A program made the position numbers and the translations under genes. Shown one piece after another: positions 8,074 to 19,100 of a stretch of 45,810 bases of DNA. The notes under the pieces were generated by a model. It was not told the DNA's origin. It saw only the letters and a program-made list of their open reading frames with translations, and ran no database searches. Source of the stretch: Clostridia bacterium (GTDB lineage: Bacteria; Bacillota; Clostridia; DUPQ01). The stretch is taken from contig JAWOIG010000225.1 of assembly GCA_046484775.1 (NCBI GenBank), forward strand, positions 1 to 45,810, given 5' to 3'. Numbering within the stretch: the first letter of the stretch is position 1; every line of letters begins with the position of its first letter.

Positions 8074-10685
8074 GACAAAACCTCCTTTATCATCGCAAGC
8101 CCCTTTTCAAGCGCCTCACCTATTTTCGAAGCATCCCTGGCGCCGGCCTGGGCCATGTCGGGACGTCCGCCTCCACCGCCTCCGGCTGTTTTGGCGACTT
8201 CCCCTATCAGTTTTCCGGAATGTATTCCCCTGGCGACAGCTTTGCTTGTAGCAGCCGCCGCAAAATTGACTTTTTCCCCTCCGCTGCCCAGCAATACGAC
8301 GCAGTCGTCATATCTCTCCCTGGCTGAATCGCACATGCTTCTCAGCGTATTCATATCGGCTCCCTTGATTTCGGACACGATGACCTTGGTCCCGTTGATA
8401 TCCTCCGGATTGTCGAAAACATCGGGAACCGAACCCCTGGCTGTCTTTTTATTCAGCTCATCCATCTCCCTGCGGGCGGTTTTCAAATCCTTTATCAGTT
8501 TTTCAACCCTTGCAGGTGTTTCGGCATCCGTTGATTTTACAATCGAGGATACCGCTCCCATAAGCTGATTCTTTTCCCTAAAATATCTGATCGCCTCTCT
8601 TCCGGTCAAGGCCTCTATCCTCCTTACGCCCGCAGCCACTCCGCTTTCGGATACAATGACGAATGCGCCCGCTGAAGAAGTGTGCGAAAGATGGGTTCCG
8701 CCGCAAAGCTCCATGCTGAACGCGCCTGTGCTTACAACCCGTACGGTATCGCCGTACTTCTCTCCGAACAGCGCGGTCGCCCCCCTGTCCCTTGCTTCTT
8801 CAATCCCCATCTGTTCGACCCTTATCACGGCATCCTCCAGTATCTTCTCATTTACCAGTTCCTCGACGGCACCGATTTCTTCGTCCGTCATTGCCGAAAA
8901 ATGCGTGAAATCAAATCTCAGCCTTTTGGCTCCGACAAATGATCCCGCCTGAGCAACATGATTGCCAAGAATTTCCCTCAGTGCATAATGAAGAATATGG
9001 GTCGCCGTATGGTTTCTTTCGACATTCCTGCGGTTTTTGGAATCGACTTCACAGACAACCTCATCCCCGCTGTGCGCTTTCCCGGATAAAACCCTTCCTT
9101 TATGAACAAAAACACCTGTATGGGTCTTTATGCAGCCTTCAACCTGCATTTCGAATCCCGAATCATTCCATATCCTTCCTATATCGCCTTCCTGACCACC
9201 GCTTTCAGCATAGAATGGCGTTTTATCCAGGGCAAGCTCAGCAATTCCATCCACATGTGCAGCCGATACAATACGAGCTTTTCCCGACAGGCTGTCATAA
9301 CCTGTAAATACAGATGGTTCAACATCCTCGAAAATTTCTTCCTCGCCGCCGCCCCATGCCTGAGAACCATCCTCGGCCTTCTGCGCATTCCTTGCCATTT
9401 CCTTTTGCTTTTTCATCTCGGTGTCGAAACCGGCCTTGTCCATCTCGATGCCGTTTTCAGCGGCAATCTCAGCCGTCAGTTCATATGGGAATCCATATGT
9501 GTCATGCAACCGGAATATCTCGGCTCCGCTGATGAATTTGCCGTTTTTATCCAGTATGTCGGAAATATATGAATTCAATATTACCAGTCCCTGGTCGACC
9601 GTTGACTGGAAGCGTTCTTCCTCAATGCCTATTACCTTTTCTATATAATCCTTTTTAGCCACAAGCTCCGGATACGCTCCGCCTGATTCCCCGATAACCA
9701 CCCTGACTACATCGTGCAGGAAATTCCCCTTTATTCCAAGAAGCTTGCCATGGCGGGCGGCCCTGCGCAGCAAGCGCCTCAAGACATATCCCCTGCCTTC
9801 GTTCGATGGTATGATTCCGTCGGCCACCATCATCACGGTGCTTCTTACATGATCGGTAATCAGCCTGATGGATACGTCGGCCGAGTCATCCTTTTTATAT
9901 TCCACGCCCGCGATTTCACACACCTTGTCAAGAATCTTCCGAATCGTGTCGACCTCGAAAAGATTGTCCACTCCCTGAATGACACAGGCCAGCCTTTCAA
10001 GACCCATCCCGGTGTCTATGTTCTTGGTTGACAAAGGAACGTATTCGCCGCTCTCGAGTCTGTCAAACTGTGTGAATACAAGATTCCAGACTTCTATGAA
10101 CCTGTCGCAGTCGCAGCCCGGGGCGCATGTCGGGCTTTTGCAGCCCTTGTCCGCACCCCTGTCGAAGAATATCTCAGAGCAGGGTCCGCATGGGCCGGTG
10201 CCGTGCTCCCAGAAATTATCCTCCTTGCCAAGACGGAATATCTTGCTTTTTGGAAGCCCGGCTTCGTTCCTCCATATGTCATAAGCCTCGTCATCATCTT
10301 CATATACCGATACGGACAGAAGTTCCTCCGGTATTTCCAGCACCTTTGAAAAGTATTCCCATGCCCAGGCTATCGCTTCCTTCTTAAAATAGTCGCCAAA
10401 GGAAAAGTTGCCCAGCATTTCGAAAAACGTGCCGTGCCTGTCGGTTTTGCCGACACGTTCAATATCAAGCGTCCTGATGCATTTCTGGCATGTCGCCATC
10501 CTGTATGAAGGAGGCTTTTTCGCACCGGTGAAGTATTGCTTCAGCGGCGTCATCCCCGCATTTATCAGAAGGATGCTCGGATCGTTTTCCGGCACCAGCG
10601 AGAAACTGGGCACAACAAGATGCCCCTTGCTTTTGAAAAAGTCCAAAAAGCCCTGTCTGAGTTCGTTCAATGATAGTCTTTCCAT
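8070..10685 (-). CDS. alaS: alanine--tRNA ligase
   Basis: MERLSLNELRQGFLDFFKSKGH start, the HTATHILH editing motif and a C-terminal GGGGGGRPDMAQAG. SD AGAGGTG lies 6 nt before the ATG at 10685. The track extension to 10763 runs through the T-box terminator. Confidence 0.96.
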   Translation of the reverse strand: MERLSLNELRQGFLDFFKSKGHLVVPSFSLVPENDPSILLINAGMTPLKQYFTGAKKPPSYRMATCQKCIRTLDIERVGKTDRHGTFFEMLGNFSFGDYFKKEAIAWAWEYFSKVLEIPEELLSVSVYEDDDEAYDIWRNEAGLPKSKIFRLGKEDNFWEHGTGPCGPCSEIFFDRGADKGCKSPTCAPGCDCDRFIEVWNLVFTQFDRLESGEYVPLSTKNIDTGMGLERLACVIQGVDNLFEVDTIRKILDKVCEIAGVEYKKDDSADVSIRLITDHVRSTVMMVADGIIPSNEGRGYVLRRLLRRAARHGKLLGIKGNFLHDVVRVVIGESGGAYPELVAKKDYIEKVIGIEEERFQSTVDQGLVILNSYISDILDKNGKFISGAEIFRLHDTYGFPYELTAEIAAENGIEMDKAGFDTEMKKQKEMARNAQKAEDGSQAWGGGEEEIFEDVEPSVFTGYDSLSGKARIVSAAHVDGIAELALDKTPFYAESGGQEGDIGRIWNDSGFEMQVEGCIKTHTGVFVHKGRVLSGKAHSGDEVVCEVDSKNRRNVERNHTATHILHYALREILGNHVAQAGSFVGAKRLRFDFTHFSAMTDEEIGAVEELVNEKILEDAVIRVEQMGIEEARDRGATALFGEKYGDTVRVVSTGAFSMELCGGTHLSHTSSAGAFVIVSESGVAAGVRRIEALTGREAIRYFREKNQLMGAVSSIVKSTDAETPARVEKLIKDLKTARREMDELNKKTARGSVPDVFDNPEDINGTKVIVSEIKGADMNTLRSMCDSARERYDDCVVLLGSGGEKVNFAAAATSKAVARGIHSGKLIGEVAKTAGGGGGGRPDMAQAGARDASKIGEALEKGLAMIKEVLS

Positions 10686-10730
10686 TCCTGCACCTCTTGT
10701 CATATTTTTCAGCGGCGGTCGCCGGAAATT

Positions 10731-10941
10731 AAAAAAGCCCCATCCCTGAAAGGGACGAGACATCTCGCGGTACCACCCTGATTCTTCCTTTCGGAAGCAC
10801 TCGGAGCCTTAACGCGGCCTAGACGTCCTGACTTATTGGGAAAGGATGCTGAGGGTCAGCCTTCTCCGGATAATTGTAAAAGCTCTCATCAACCGCTTTC
10901 TTTCTTGAACAATCCCGCCGGGTACTCGTCCCTGTAATCGC
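10731..10941 (-). promoter_or_regulatory. T-box leader (tRNA-Ala sensing) controlling alaS
   Basis: The minus strand carries AGGGTGGTACCGCG (T-box sequence, 10779-10766) and AGTA/GAGA stem-I elements. The specifier-loop context GAAG-GCU-GA places GCU at 10860-10858. A terminator hairpin is followed by TTTTTT at 10736-10731. Confidence 0.85.
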
Positions 10942-10947
10942 AGTTCA

Positions 10948-10976
10948 ATTTTAATTTATGCAATTGATTATGTCAA
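10948..10976 (-). promoter_or_regulatory. sigma70-type promoter for the alaS T-box leader
   Basis: On the minus strand: TTGACA, a 17-nt spacer, then TAAAAT, immediately upstream of the leader. Confidence 0.6.
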
Positions 10977-11055
10977 GTGCATACATGTCCTTGTGTCATT
11001 TATGATTGCCCCGCGGCCTTCGCGATGTTAATATAAAATGCAGAATGGAGCACGG

Positions 11056-12435
11056 ATGAGGAACATTGATGCCACGACGGGACCCATAACACCTAATCTC
11101 CTGAAGCTTGCATGGCCTGTCGCCATTTCCAACCTTGCAAATGTATTCTACAATATTGCCGATACTTTCTTTGTAGGCCAGCTGGAAAACAGCGCCGAGG
11201 CAATATCGGCGGTAACGGTTTCGTTCAATGTCGTCTTTCTGCTGGTTGCATTTGCAATAGGAATATCAACGGCAACAACCACTCTTGTAAGCCAGTACTA
11301 TGGCGCAAAGGATCACGACAATCTGGAAAAAACCGTACATACCTCCCTTGTCGTAATATGCTCTCTTGCCTTTGTCGTAACCATAACGGGGATATTCACC
11401 AAAGGCTGGATATTCGCACTGCTTCAAACCGATCCGGAAGTGATTCCGCTTGCCGAAGAGTATTTTACGATAATAATGGTGGGCATGTTCTTCATGTTCA
11501 CCTACTTTGTGCTTTCAAGCATGCTCAGGGGTGTCGGCGATACCAGGACCCCGATGATTGCAGGAATTGTTTCCAATATCATTAACATCGTGCTCGACCC
11601 GTTCCTAATCTATGGCTGGCTGTTCTTCCCTGAGCTAGGGGTTGCGGGCGCTGCTTATGCGACCGTTTTCTCCCGCTTCGTTCTTTCCGTATACCTTTAT
11701 TACAGAGTCATGCAGAAAGATTGCCCCCTTGGCGTCAAATTAAGTCATTTCAAGATTGATTTCGGAATAATAAAGGAGATATTCAGGATCGGCATACCGT
11801 CGAGCCTGTCCGAGATGTCAGTGGCATTCGGCTCAATGCTGATTCTTGGAAGGGTCAATGTATTCGGCACGATAGCCACGGCGGCGCATGGAATAGGCAT
11901 ACGGTTCGACTCGCTGCTGTATCTGCCGATGGCGGCGCTCGGGCAGGCATCCGCGACAATGGTCGGCCAGAATCTTGGAGCTAAGAACAGGGACCGCGCA
12001 TACATGACGGGAATCGCGGCGATGAAGTTTATTTTCCTTGCCACACTGGTAATAAGCCTTGTTTTTATTCTGTTCGCTAAGCCGTTGCTGTCATTGTTTA
12101 CAAACTCCCGGGAAGTTGTGGATCTCGGAAGCTTCTATTTCTATTATCATTTCTCCTTTTTCTGTTTCCTCGGCCTGAGGGTTGCGATGCTCTATGCATT
12201 CTATGGAGCAGGCGATTCAAGATCAGCTTTCATTACCACCGTAATATCGCTGTTTGTTCTCAGGGTTCCGCTTTCATACCTGTTTTCATTCACCGAACTT
12301 GGAATCAAGGGAATCTGGCTGGGAATGGGACTCTCATACCTGATTACATCGGCTTTCATGATTGTTATTTTCATCAATAAAAAATGGATGGAGAAGGCGG
12401 TTACGCTCAGGAATGAAATTTCCGCCGTGGAATGA
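11056..12435 (+). CDS. MATE-family efflux transporter
   Basis: Twelve-TM-like profile with typical MATE N-terminal text (LLKLAWPVAISNLANVFYNIADTFFVGQL). The ATG at 11056 is preceded by GGAG; the track start at 11038 has no SD. Confidence 0.9.
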   Translation: MRNIDATTGPITPNLLKLAWPVAISNLANVFYNIADTFFVGQLENSAEAISAVTVSFNVVFLLVAFAIGISTATTTLVSQYYGAKDHDNLEKTVHTSLVVICSLAFVVTITGIFTKGWIFALLQTDPEVIPLAEEYFTIIMVGMFFMFTYFVLSSMLRGVGDTRTPMIAGIVSNIINIVLDPFLIYGWLFFPELGVAGAAYATVFSRFVLSVYLYYRVMQKDCPLGVKLSHFKIDFGIIKEIFRIGIPSSLSEMSVAFGSMLILGRVNVFGTIATAAHGIGIRFDSLLYLPMAALGQASATMVGQNLGAKNRDRAYMTGIAAMKFIFLATLVISLVFILFAKPLLSLFTNSREVVDLGSFYFYYHFSFFCFLGLRVAMLYAFYGAGDSRSAFITTVISLFVLRVPLSYLFSFTELGIKGIWLGMGLSYLITSAFMIVIFINKKWMEKAVTLRNEISAVE

Positions 12436-12437
12436 TT

Positions 12438-12938
12438 CTATATTGCCTGAATCTCATCAAGCATACCCCTTATTTCCCGGGATTTTTCAACGTCTCCCCT
12501 GTCGTTGAAAAATTCCAACAGTTCATTGAGGAGCCTGCCTTCCCAAATGCCATCCTTTGATTTATCATAAGTGGAGTATATCGGCGTATCCGTCTCCAGG
12601 TCCTCATTGACATGAATGACCAGATATAACCGCAGGCTCTTTTTAAGATATGAATAATATAAGTCGAGCCTGCCTTTTGCCAGTTCAATCTCCGACATTG
12701 CGCCAAGGAACTCTGCCAGCATGAATACCGAGGCGTCGTCGCCGCCCACCATATTTTCCAAAGTCCTTGCATCCACCGCCATCAGTGTGTCCAGGCTGAT
12801 GCCGGTCAGATCCCTCAGTCCGTTCGCCAAAGTTTCTTCACCGGCAAGAAAATCCCCCTCCCTTGCCAGTCCCAGTGCCTTGGCAATGAATTCGGCGGCA
12901 AGCCTTATCAATCTCATAATATAGTCTTCAGTAATCAT
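12438..12938 (-). CDS. hypothetical soluble, helix-rich protein (166 aa)
   Basis: Clean ORF with protein-like composition. I am not sure of any family. It lies downstream of the giant gene but after that gene's terminator. Confidence 0.6.
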   Translation of the reverse strand: MITEDYIMRLIRLAAEFIAKALGLAREGDFLAGEETLANGLRDLTGISLDTLMAVDARTLENMVGGDDASVFMLAEFLGAMSEIELAKGRLDLYYSYLKKSLRLYLVIHVNEDLETDTPIYSTYDKSKDGIWEGRLLNELLEFFNDRGDVEKSREIRGMLDEIQAI

Positions 12939-13074
12939 TTGAACTTATCCCATTCTATTTGCACCTTCAATCGGGTGTTCATGCCGATGAAGCCGCTAAA
13001 TGCCGGAACTCCGGAAATCAATACCTTTATAGAAAAATCAAATTCAGGCAAGCATGGAATCCGACAAGCAAAAT

Positions 13075-13102
13075 GGGCGGGAAACCACTGTGCTTCCCGC
13101 CC
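13075..13102 (-). terminator. terminator hairpin after the giant gene
   Basis: GGGCGGGAA-N10-TTCCCGCCC is a 9-bp GC-rich stem starting 19 nt after the stop. It is followed by ATTTTG on the minus strand, a weak U-tract. Confidence 0.6.
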
Positions 13103-13120
13103 CCTGTCGTTGCTAAAGTT

Positions 13121-16100
13121 TTAGAATGAAAGCTTCATGTGCCAGGTGACCGAGCCTCCCACGTCAAAGAACACAAGGCTCAGGTGGTATCTGATCTTGA
13201 CCTGGGCCTCAAGCCTCCAGTCATTGTCCTTCTTCTCAAGCTCTCCCTGGGCGTTAAGGTGGAGCGAAATTATCTCATAGCGCTTTCCGCCGACCTTAAT
13301 GCCTCCTTCAAGACCTCCCTGTATGTAGGCCGAAAGCAGCAGATGGTCTTCATTGAAGTCATACTCTCCCTCGCCCCCGACCTTCAGATACGCCCTGAAG
13401 TATACTATGGCGATCGTCACATACCCCGTGTCGTACTCAAAGTACATCTTGCCCTTTACAAAGTTTTCAGACGGCGGAGTTGTGTTTTTTATCACAAGGC
13501 CGAACCCTGTTTTTGAGAGGCTTCCCATCCTGGCTTCCAATGGATTGGGATACCCTATGCGAAGCTCCCAGAACTTGGGGCTCATCTCAAATCCCACATC
13601 TCCGTTCAGCACGAGACCATACATCCCGAAGTCCGTAAGTGTAAGGCTGAACTTGAACAGCTTGTCCCTGTGGTAGTAGCCGATCCTTACGGTTCCCATC
13701 AGCTTGAGGTCGTTTCCGGTCATGACCGACGTGACTTTTGAAGGTCCGTAATATTGCCCTCCAATTTCGACCGACGGTCCTTTTTCTACCACCAGATACA
13801 GGTTTCTCACTTCTCCAAGCTGAAGCTTGCCATAACTTGTGTCATAACCCAGCGTCATCCATGCGGTGGCCGCAAAGAAGTAGTTGCCTCCCGGGGTTCT
13901 GTTCACATCCATTGTGTCGATTGCATTGAAAAGTCCCTGTTTTCCGGAGGGTATCACATAGCCTGTTTCAACAGAATATCCGATGTCAAGGTTATAGCCG
14001 AAAACCCCCGTGATATCATTGATCTTTCCATAGCCGAAATCAATCCCGCCCATAGGGTCGCTGTAGTAGATTGCAAGCGCGAAGAAGTACCTGCCCATGA
14101 CCTTGTCGTATCCCATCCTGGCATTGCACTCTATCTCGACCGCGCCGAATATATCGGCGGCGGTATTGAACACCATTTCCAGCGAGTCCGTCTCATACTC
14201 TATAATCCCCGAACCCGGATCGACGACCTTTGGAGATGCGATTGAATCAATCTGCGCAAACTCTTCGAAATCCATGTTGACCTTTGATTTTGATTCGGAG
14301 TAATTGATTCCCGGATTCTCGAATACCCCTGCGATAATAATTCTGTCGAAATCTTCCTCCGTGTCGACGGAAAGCGTGTCTGAAAGCTGCATGCCCCCCC
14401 AGAGGTACATATCGCTTGAATAGTAGCTTACCGAACCGGAAATTGGCATTGTGATTCCGCTCCACTTCAAGGTCCTCCTGATGCCTGTATCCAGATTGGG
14501 CGCCAGCACCGCTATCGAAAACGACGAGCCTCTTGTTATAAGCGACAGCGCGCGTATCTCCATGTCGAAGTCATGGAACTGTATCTTGTAAGGCTTGTCG
14601 AACAATGCAGAGCCCAGCAGGCCTTCCGGATTGTTGGCTTCCTTGAGCATCTCCATGTCGGCGGGCACTATAAGCTCGGTGAATGCTATGTCGCTCATAA
14701 GGATGCTTGCGTTGAAATTGAGGTCAAGCGTGCCATCCATGTGCAGGCCGTCCTCCATGAGATGACCGCCGCTGATCTTTATGAACACTTCTCCGGTACC
14801 CGCGGGATCGAACTTTTCGGTTTCCTCAACGGTGCACACAAGCTTGCCCAGTTCCTCGGAGGTGTAGATTCTGATGTTCGCCCTTTGAAAACCGAACAGC
14901 GGAATTCCTATCGATCCCTTTATCTCCAGATTGACACTGTTGTTGTACAGGTCTATGTATATGCTGTTTGCATAGGCGTCCTGGAATCCTCCGAGCTGAT
15001 CCCCCAGATTTACCGGAATGCCCTCAGGCGAATAGGCCTGGCTTTGGTAATAGAAACCATTCCGGTCATACAGCATTTCACCCGGCGTCAGATTGAAGGA
15101 AACCCTTTTGTTCGACTCTGTCTTTATGTATGCAGGAGGAAGCGAAACCCTTCCCGATTTTATGATCATTCCGGTCCAGACAGCTTCCTGGGTTTCCGTT
15201 GTCATGGCATCGGTCGTTGCTTTTCCCCTGTCGAGGTCGATTGTCACATTGCTGCCTATGACGCCCACCTCTTCGTCGTCGTTACCGACAAGCGTGGGCA
15301 TCAGCGATTTATTGTATACTATGAAACCTCTTCCGCCCCATCCGGTAATGTCAATGGGTATGTTGGATATAGTCGGCATGCCGGCGAGGTCGGTCGGCAT
15401 GATCAGAAGCGTTTGCAGCTGCGCTCTTTCCGCCAGGTAGAACATGCCTACATCGACAATGTTCTTTTGAACCTGGATAACCTGCGTCGTGCCGGATTTT
15501 ATCGAGTTTGGATTCATCTGCAGCAACCCGCCTACGTTGGAACTGTCAAAAACGGAATCTCCGAGTGTCTGCTTTGCGATTGTATTGAAGTTGGCCGAAA
15601 CCGGGGAATCATCGATGAATGTCTCGAACGGCAGCAATATCTTGCCCTTCAGATAGCTCGTCGTGGTGTCGGGCACCCCGTTTTTATAAACAAGCCTTGC
15701 GTCGATTGTAGATATGCCCAGTCCCGCCGGGATTACAGTTCGCATAAGCTGCCACTGCGATATGGTCATTGTTCCGTTCATTGCACCGTTCTTGTCGAAA
15801 TTGATTATGCTGTAGCTGAATTCAAGTCCCTTGTTGTCGATGGTTTCCATCCCGAGGTTGTTTTCGGCAACACCGTTCATCATGTTGATGAACCCTGTGC
15901 CGAATGACAGGTACAATATCGTGCCTCTTTTCCTTATCGTCTCGGATTGGATTACCGCCGGGGCCGTTGCGTCGAAAGCTCCCAGGTTCAGGGTAATCTT
16001 CTCCATCCCGGTCAAAAGTATATTGTCATACCTGAATTCCGGTATCTCTGTTATCGAGATTATTCCCCCGGGTGTTACCTCGCTGTTCGTAAACCTGAGC

Positions 16101-19100
16101 GAATACAGATCGCCCATGAGATTCTCTGTGGGCTGACTGCCCGCCTTGACAACATACCCCGTCGCAATCGCTTTGTTTATTTCAGTATTAATTGTAAGGG
16201 AGCTTATATATACGCCTGTATTACCCACCTGGACTGCACTCTTAAGAGCCACGTTTCCGTTGGTTATTTCACCTTCGCTGCTCCATGAAGTTACCGTCAG
16301 ATTGACCGGAACCGTGTATTTGTTTGCAATGACCAGGTCGCCGGCGCCTGTCTTGGGCGAGCCCGTGCCTGTGGTTGCGATATTGATGACATCAAATCCC
16401 GCGATTTTCATTGAAGCCGGAAGAGTTACCGGTGCGATGATTATCGGCGGCAATGATATCGTAGGCATGATGAACGCCGTAGCCGCCGAAAGGTCCGCCG
16501 GCTGCTCCTGTTGTTCCCCGAAAGGAATGAGCGGTATGATGATCCGCGGCTGCTCGTATATTCTGAAAATCGAGCTTGACGGAAGCAGGAAACTCCTTAT
16601 TCCGCCCGTGGATACTGCGGATGAGAATTCAGATGTATATCCACCCGTGTCAACCACCTTAACCTTGTACCAGTTGACAGCTGCGGGATCCGCATCATTA
16701 TCGATGTATCCGGTCGCCGTAAGCAGCGGACTGGCCTGGTAGTACTCCCCATTCTGGGTCTTGCTTCTGTAAACGATGTAACCGGCTATGAATTCCGCAC
16801 TTTCATCAATCGAAAGATTAGGATCCTTCGCCTTGTTCCATGTAATTTCCGGTTGCCCGGTATCGGAGTCTATTGCCGCCGCAATGCCTGTAACAGGCGG
16901 GAAGGCTTCTCCTTTTCTGGGAGATACGCTGACCGGTTCGGGACGCTCCGAGGCAAGACCGTCGTCATTGAAGGCCTGCACGGTATACATGTAAGTGTCG
17001 CCGAACTCGACGTCCGTATCGACAAAGGAAAATGTCCCTGTCGAAACCTGTCCGAGCGGTATGTCGACTTCATCCACCAGATCCCATATGACGAGCTTTG
17101 CAAGTGCGGAATCCAGCATTCCGTAAGGGGCGACAGCGAGTACGCCGTATTTTTCAACTATGTTCTTGAATACATCGACCTTCGTGTCAACCGGCGATGT
17201 CTTGATACTATTCATGATCGTCATCGGCGCCAGAAGCTGCAGCGTGTTGAAATTCGATACAGCTTCCGAGACCGTCGCAGCAGGCAGGGTTATCCCGCCC
17301 GCCATCATGCCATATTCGGGCCTGTCTGATGAAAACGGCATTATCTGGAGATCTGGCATATAAATCTGGGTGCTTATCTCGGGCATGAATATCTTGTTGA
17401 ACATTTCAGGGGCCTTTAATTGAATCGCGGATATATCCTCTTCGGTCACCCTTGGAACCATTGTCCTGAACACCTTGTATTTACTGGCGAACGGCACCCC
17501 GTTCCACCTTACCTCGACGCTCGCCTTCTTAGGGAACGGAATGAGCATGAAAGGCGCCTGCGGCGGAACAGTCGATGCAACCCTTATGGAAGCCAGCGTA
17601 TAGCCTTCGGTTTCCACCCCCCAGACGCTTACGGAGGTTATCTTGAAATAGTAGTAATGTGCGATGGTCTGGTCCGCTTCCTCCACATATCCGGTATATT
17701 TAAGTTTGTCGCCGACAAGGGTCCAGTCTAGCGCGTCGGGATTATCGCTTGCGCTGAAATACGGGACCTCCGCCTTGTAAACATTGAAATATGAAATCTG
17801 CGCGTCATCCGGGCGGTCCCATTTCAGGCTGATCCATCCGCCCGGTACATATCCGATGTATCCGATGTCCAGGTCAGGCCTCGTTTGTGCCGGAACCATT
17901 GATATCATGTACAGATATATCCTGCCGGATTGTTTTTGAACAGTATCGGTGATTTTGTTATATGTTATGTTTCCCTCGACAAGCGTCCAGTCGTATGCCT
18001 CGAGTATTTCCTCGATGGGCAGGGCGCGTATTTCATCGATGTCGCCCCCATCGATATATGTCCTGTATACATTGTATGCGCCAAGGCCTTCCCCTGAATA
18101 ATGGTACCAGGAAACATCCGCGGTTCCATTGGGCTTGACGTCGCTTTCCCGAAGGGCTATTATATCATGCACATCAGCCGGCTTGGGCATGTTCCCATAG
18201 AACAGGTTAAGCATCTGCGGAAGCACGGTTATGCCCTTTCGTACAATGTCCGACACAGATACGCCGATTGAAATATCCTTGACCATGGCCTCCTGCACAA
18301 CTGTTGTATTGACTCCCGCCCTTGGCTCATATCCTTTGTCGATCGGTGTGCTGCCCCATTTTATGTCAGATGCCATTTCGATGTCCGCGAACCTTCCCTG
18401 CATGAACCCGACCGCTTCTGCTGAAAAGTCCGGAAGCATGTTGAACGTCAGCGATGCAGTTGCCGAACCCGGAAGCTGCGGCTGTGCATCCGTTGAATAT
18501 CCGAGCACCTTGGAATGAGACCAGGCGCTTTCGTTTCCCCACCCGTCAATTGCCGAAGCCCAGTATTTGTAGAAATATCCTGCTGTTACATTCGCATCAA
18601 AGAATACCGCCTCGATTTTCGAGCCCAGTGCATCCTTTTGCAGGATTATATTCCCGCCCGATACGCCGCCGCCTTTAAGCACAAGCTTGTCTGCCGGTTT
18701 CTCGGCAGGTATCTCGACCCGGCCGACTTCGACCGGCTGCGAAAACAATCCATTTCCCCATGCCGTGCTCCTGTATATTATGAATTTTTCAGTATCGTCC
18801 GTAGTTTTCGAGATGGGCAGTATCACTCCCTTGGTACCGGAATATGCATTTATCGTCTCCTGGAAAAAGCTTTCTGTTCTGCGCTTGACCGAATCAGACA
18901 TAACCGGCTGATCTATTTCAGGGGAGCCGGGAGGAGTTGTTTTAACCACGTCAATGCTAAGCGGGCTTGATGTGTAGTCGCTCAGCCTTCCAAAAATATC
19001 GAGTGCCTGGACCCTGTATGTAACCCTGTCGCCATTTTCAACATCATAATCGATATAGTAGTCAGGAACTTCATACAGTATGTGGTTTTCATCCTCCATG

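Noticed and set aside
7897-8568. 223-aa plus-strand ORF antisense to HIT and alaS (the antisense ORF at 24565-25275 is similar)
   Set aside because: Both overlap strongly supported genes. The translations are Ser/Pro/Ala/Leu-rich and low in complexity, and neither has a ribosome-binding site.
10686-10763. N-terminal 26-aa extension of alaS in the ORF track (MSRPFQGWGFFNFRRPPLKN...)
   Set aside because: It translates the T-box terminator hairpin and U-tract. The SD AGAGGTG sits before the ATG at 10685, and AlaS homologs begin at the MERLSLNEL-type sequence.
14573-15907. 444-aa plus-strand ORF antisense to the giant gene
   Set aside because: It lies in the codon-aligned antisense frame (14573-13121 is a multiple of 3). 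Its stops would require sense codons TTA, CTA or TCA, so the open frame is explained by codon bias. It has no SD and a Cys/Arg/His-rich, non-protein-like composition. The same logic applies to 41197-41829 (minus strand) and 33937-34656 (plus strand).
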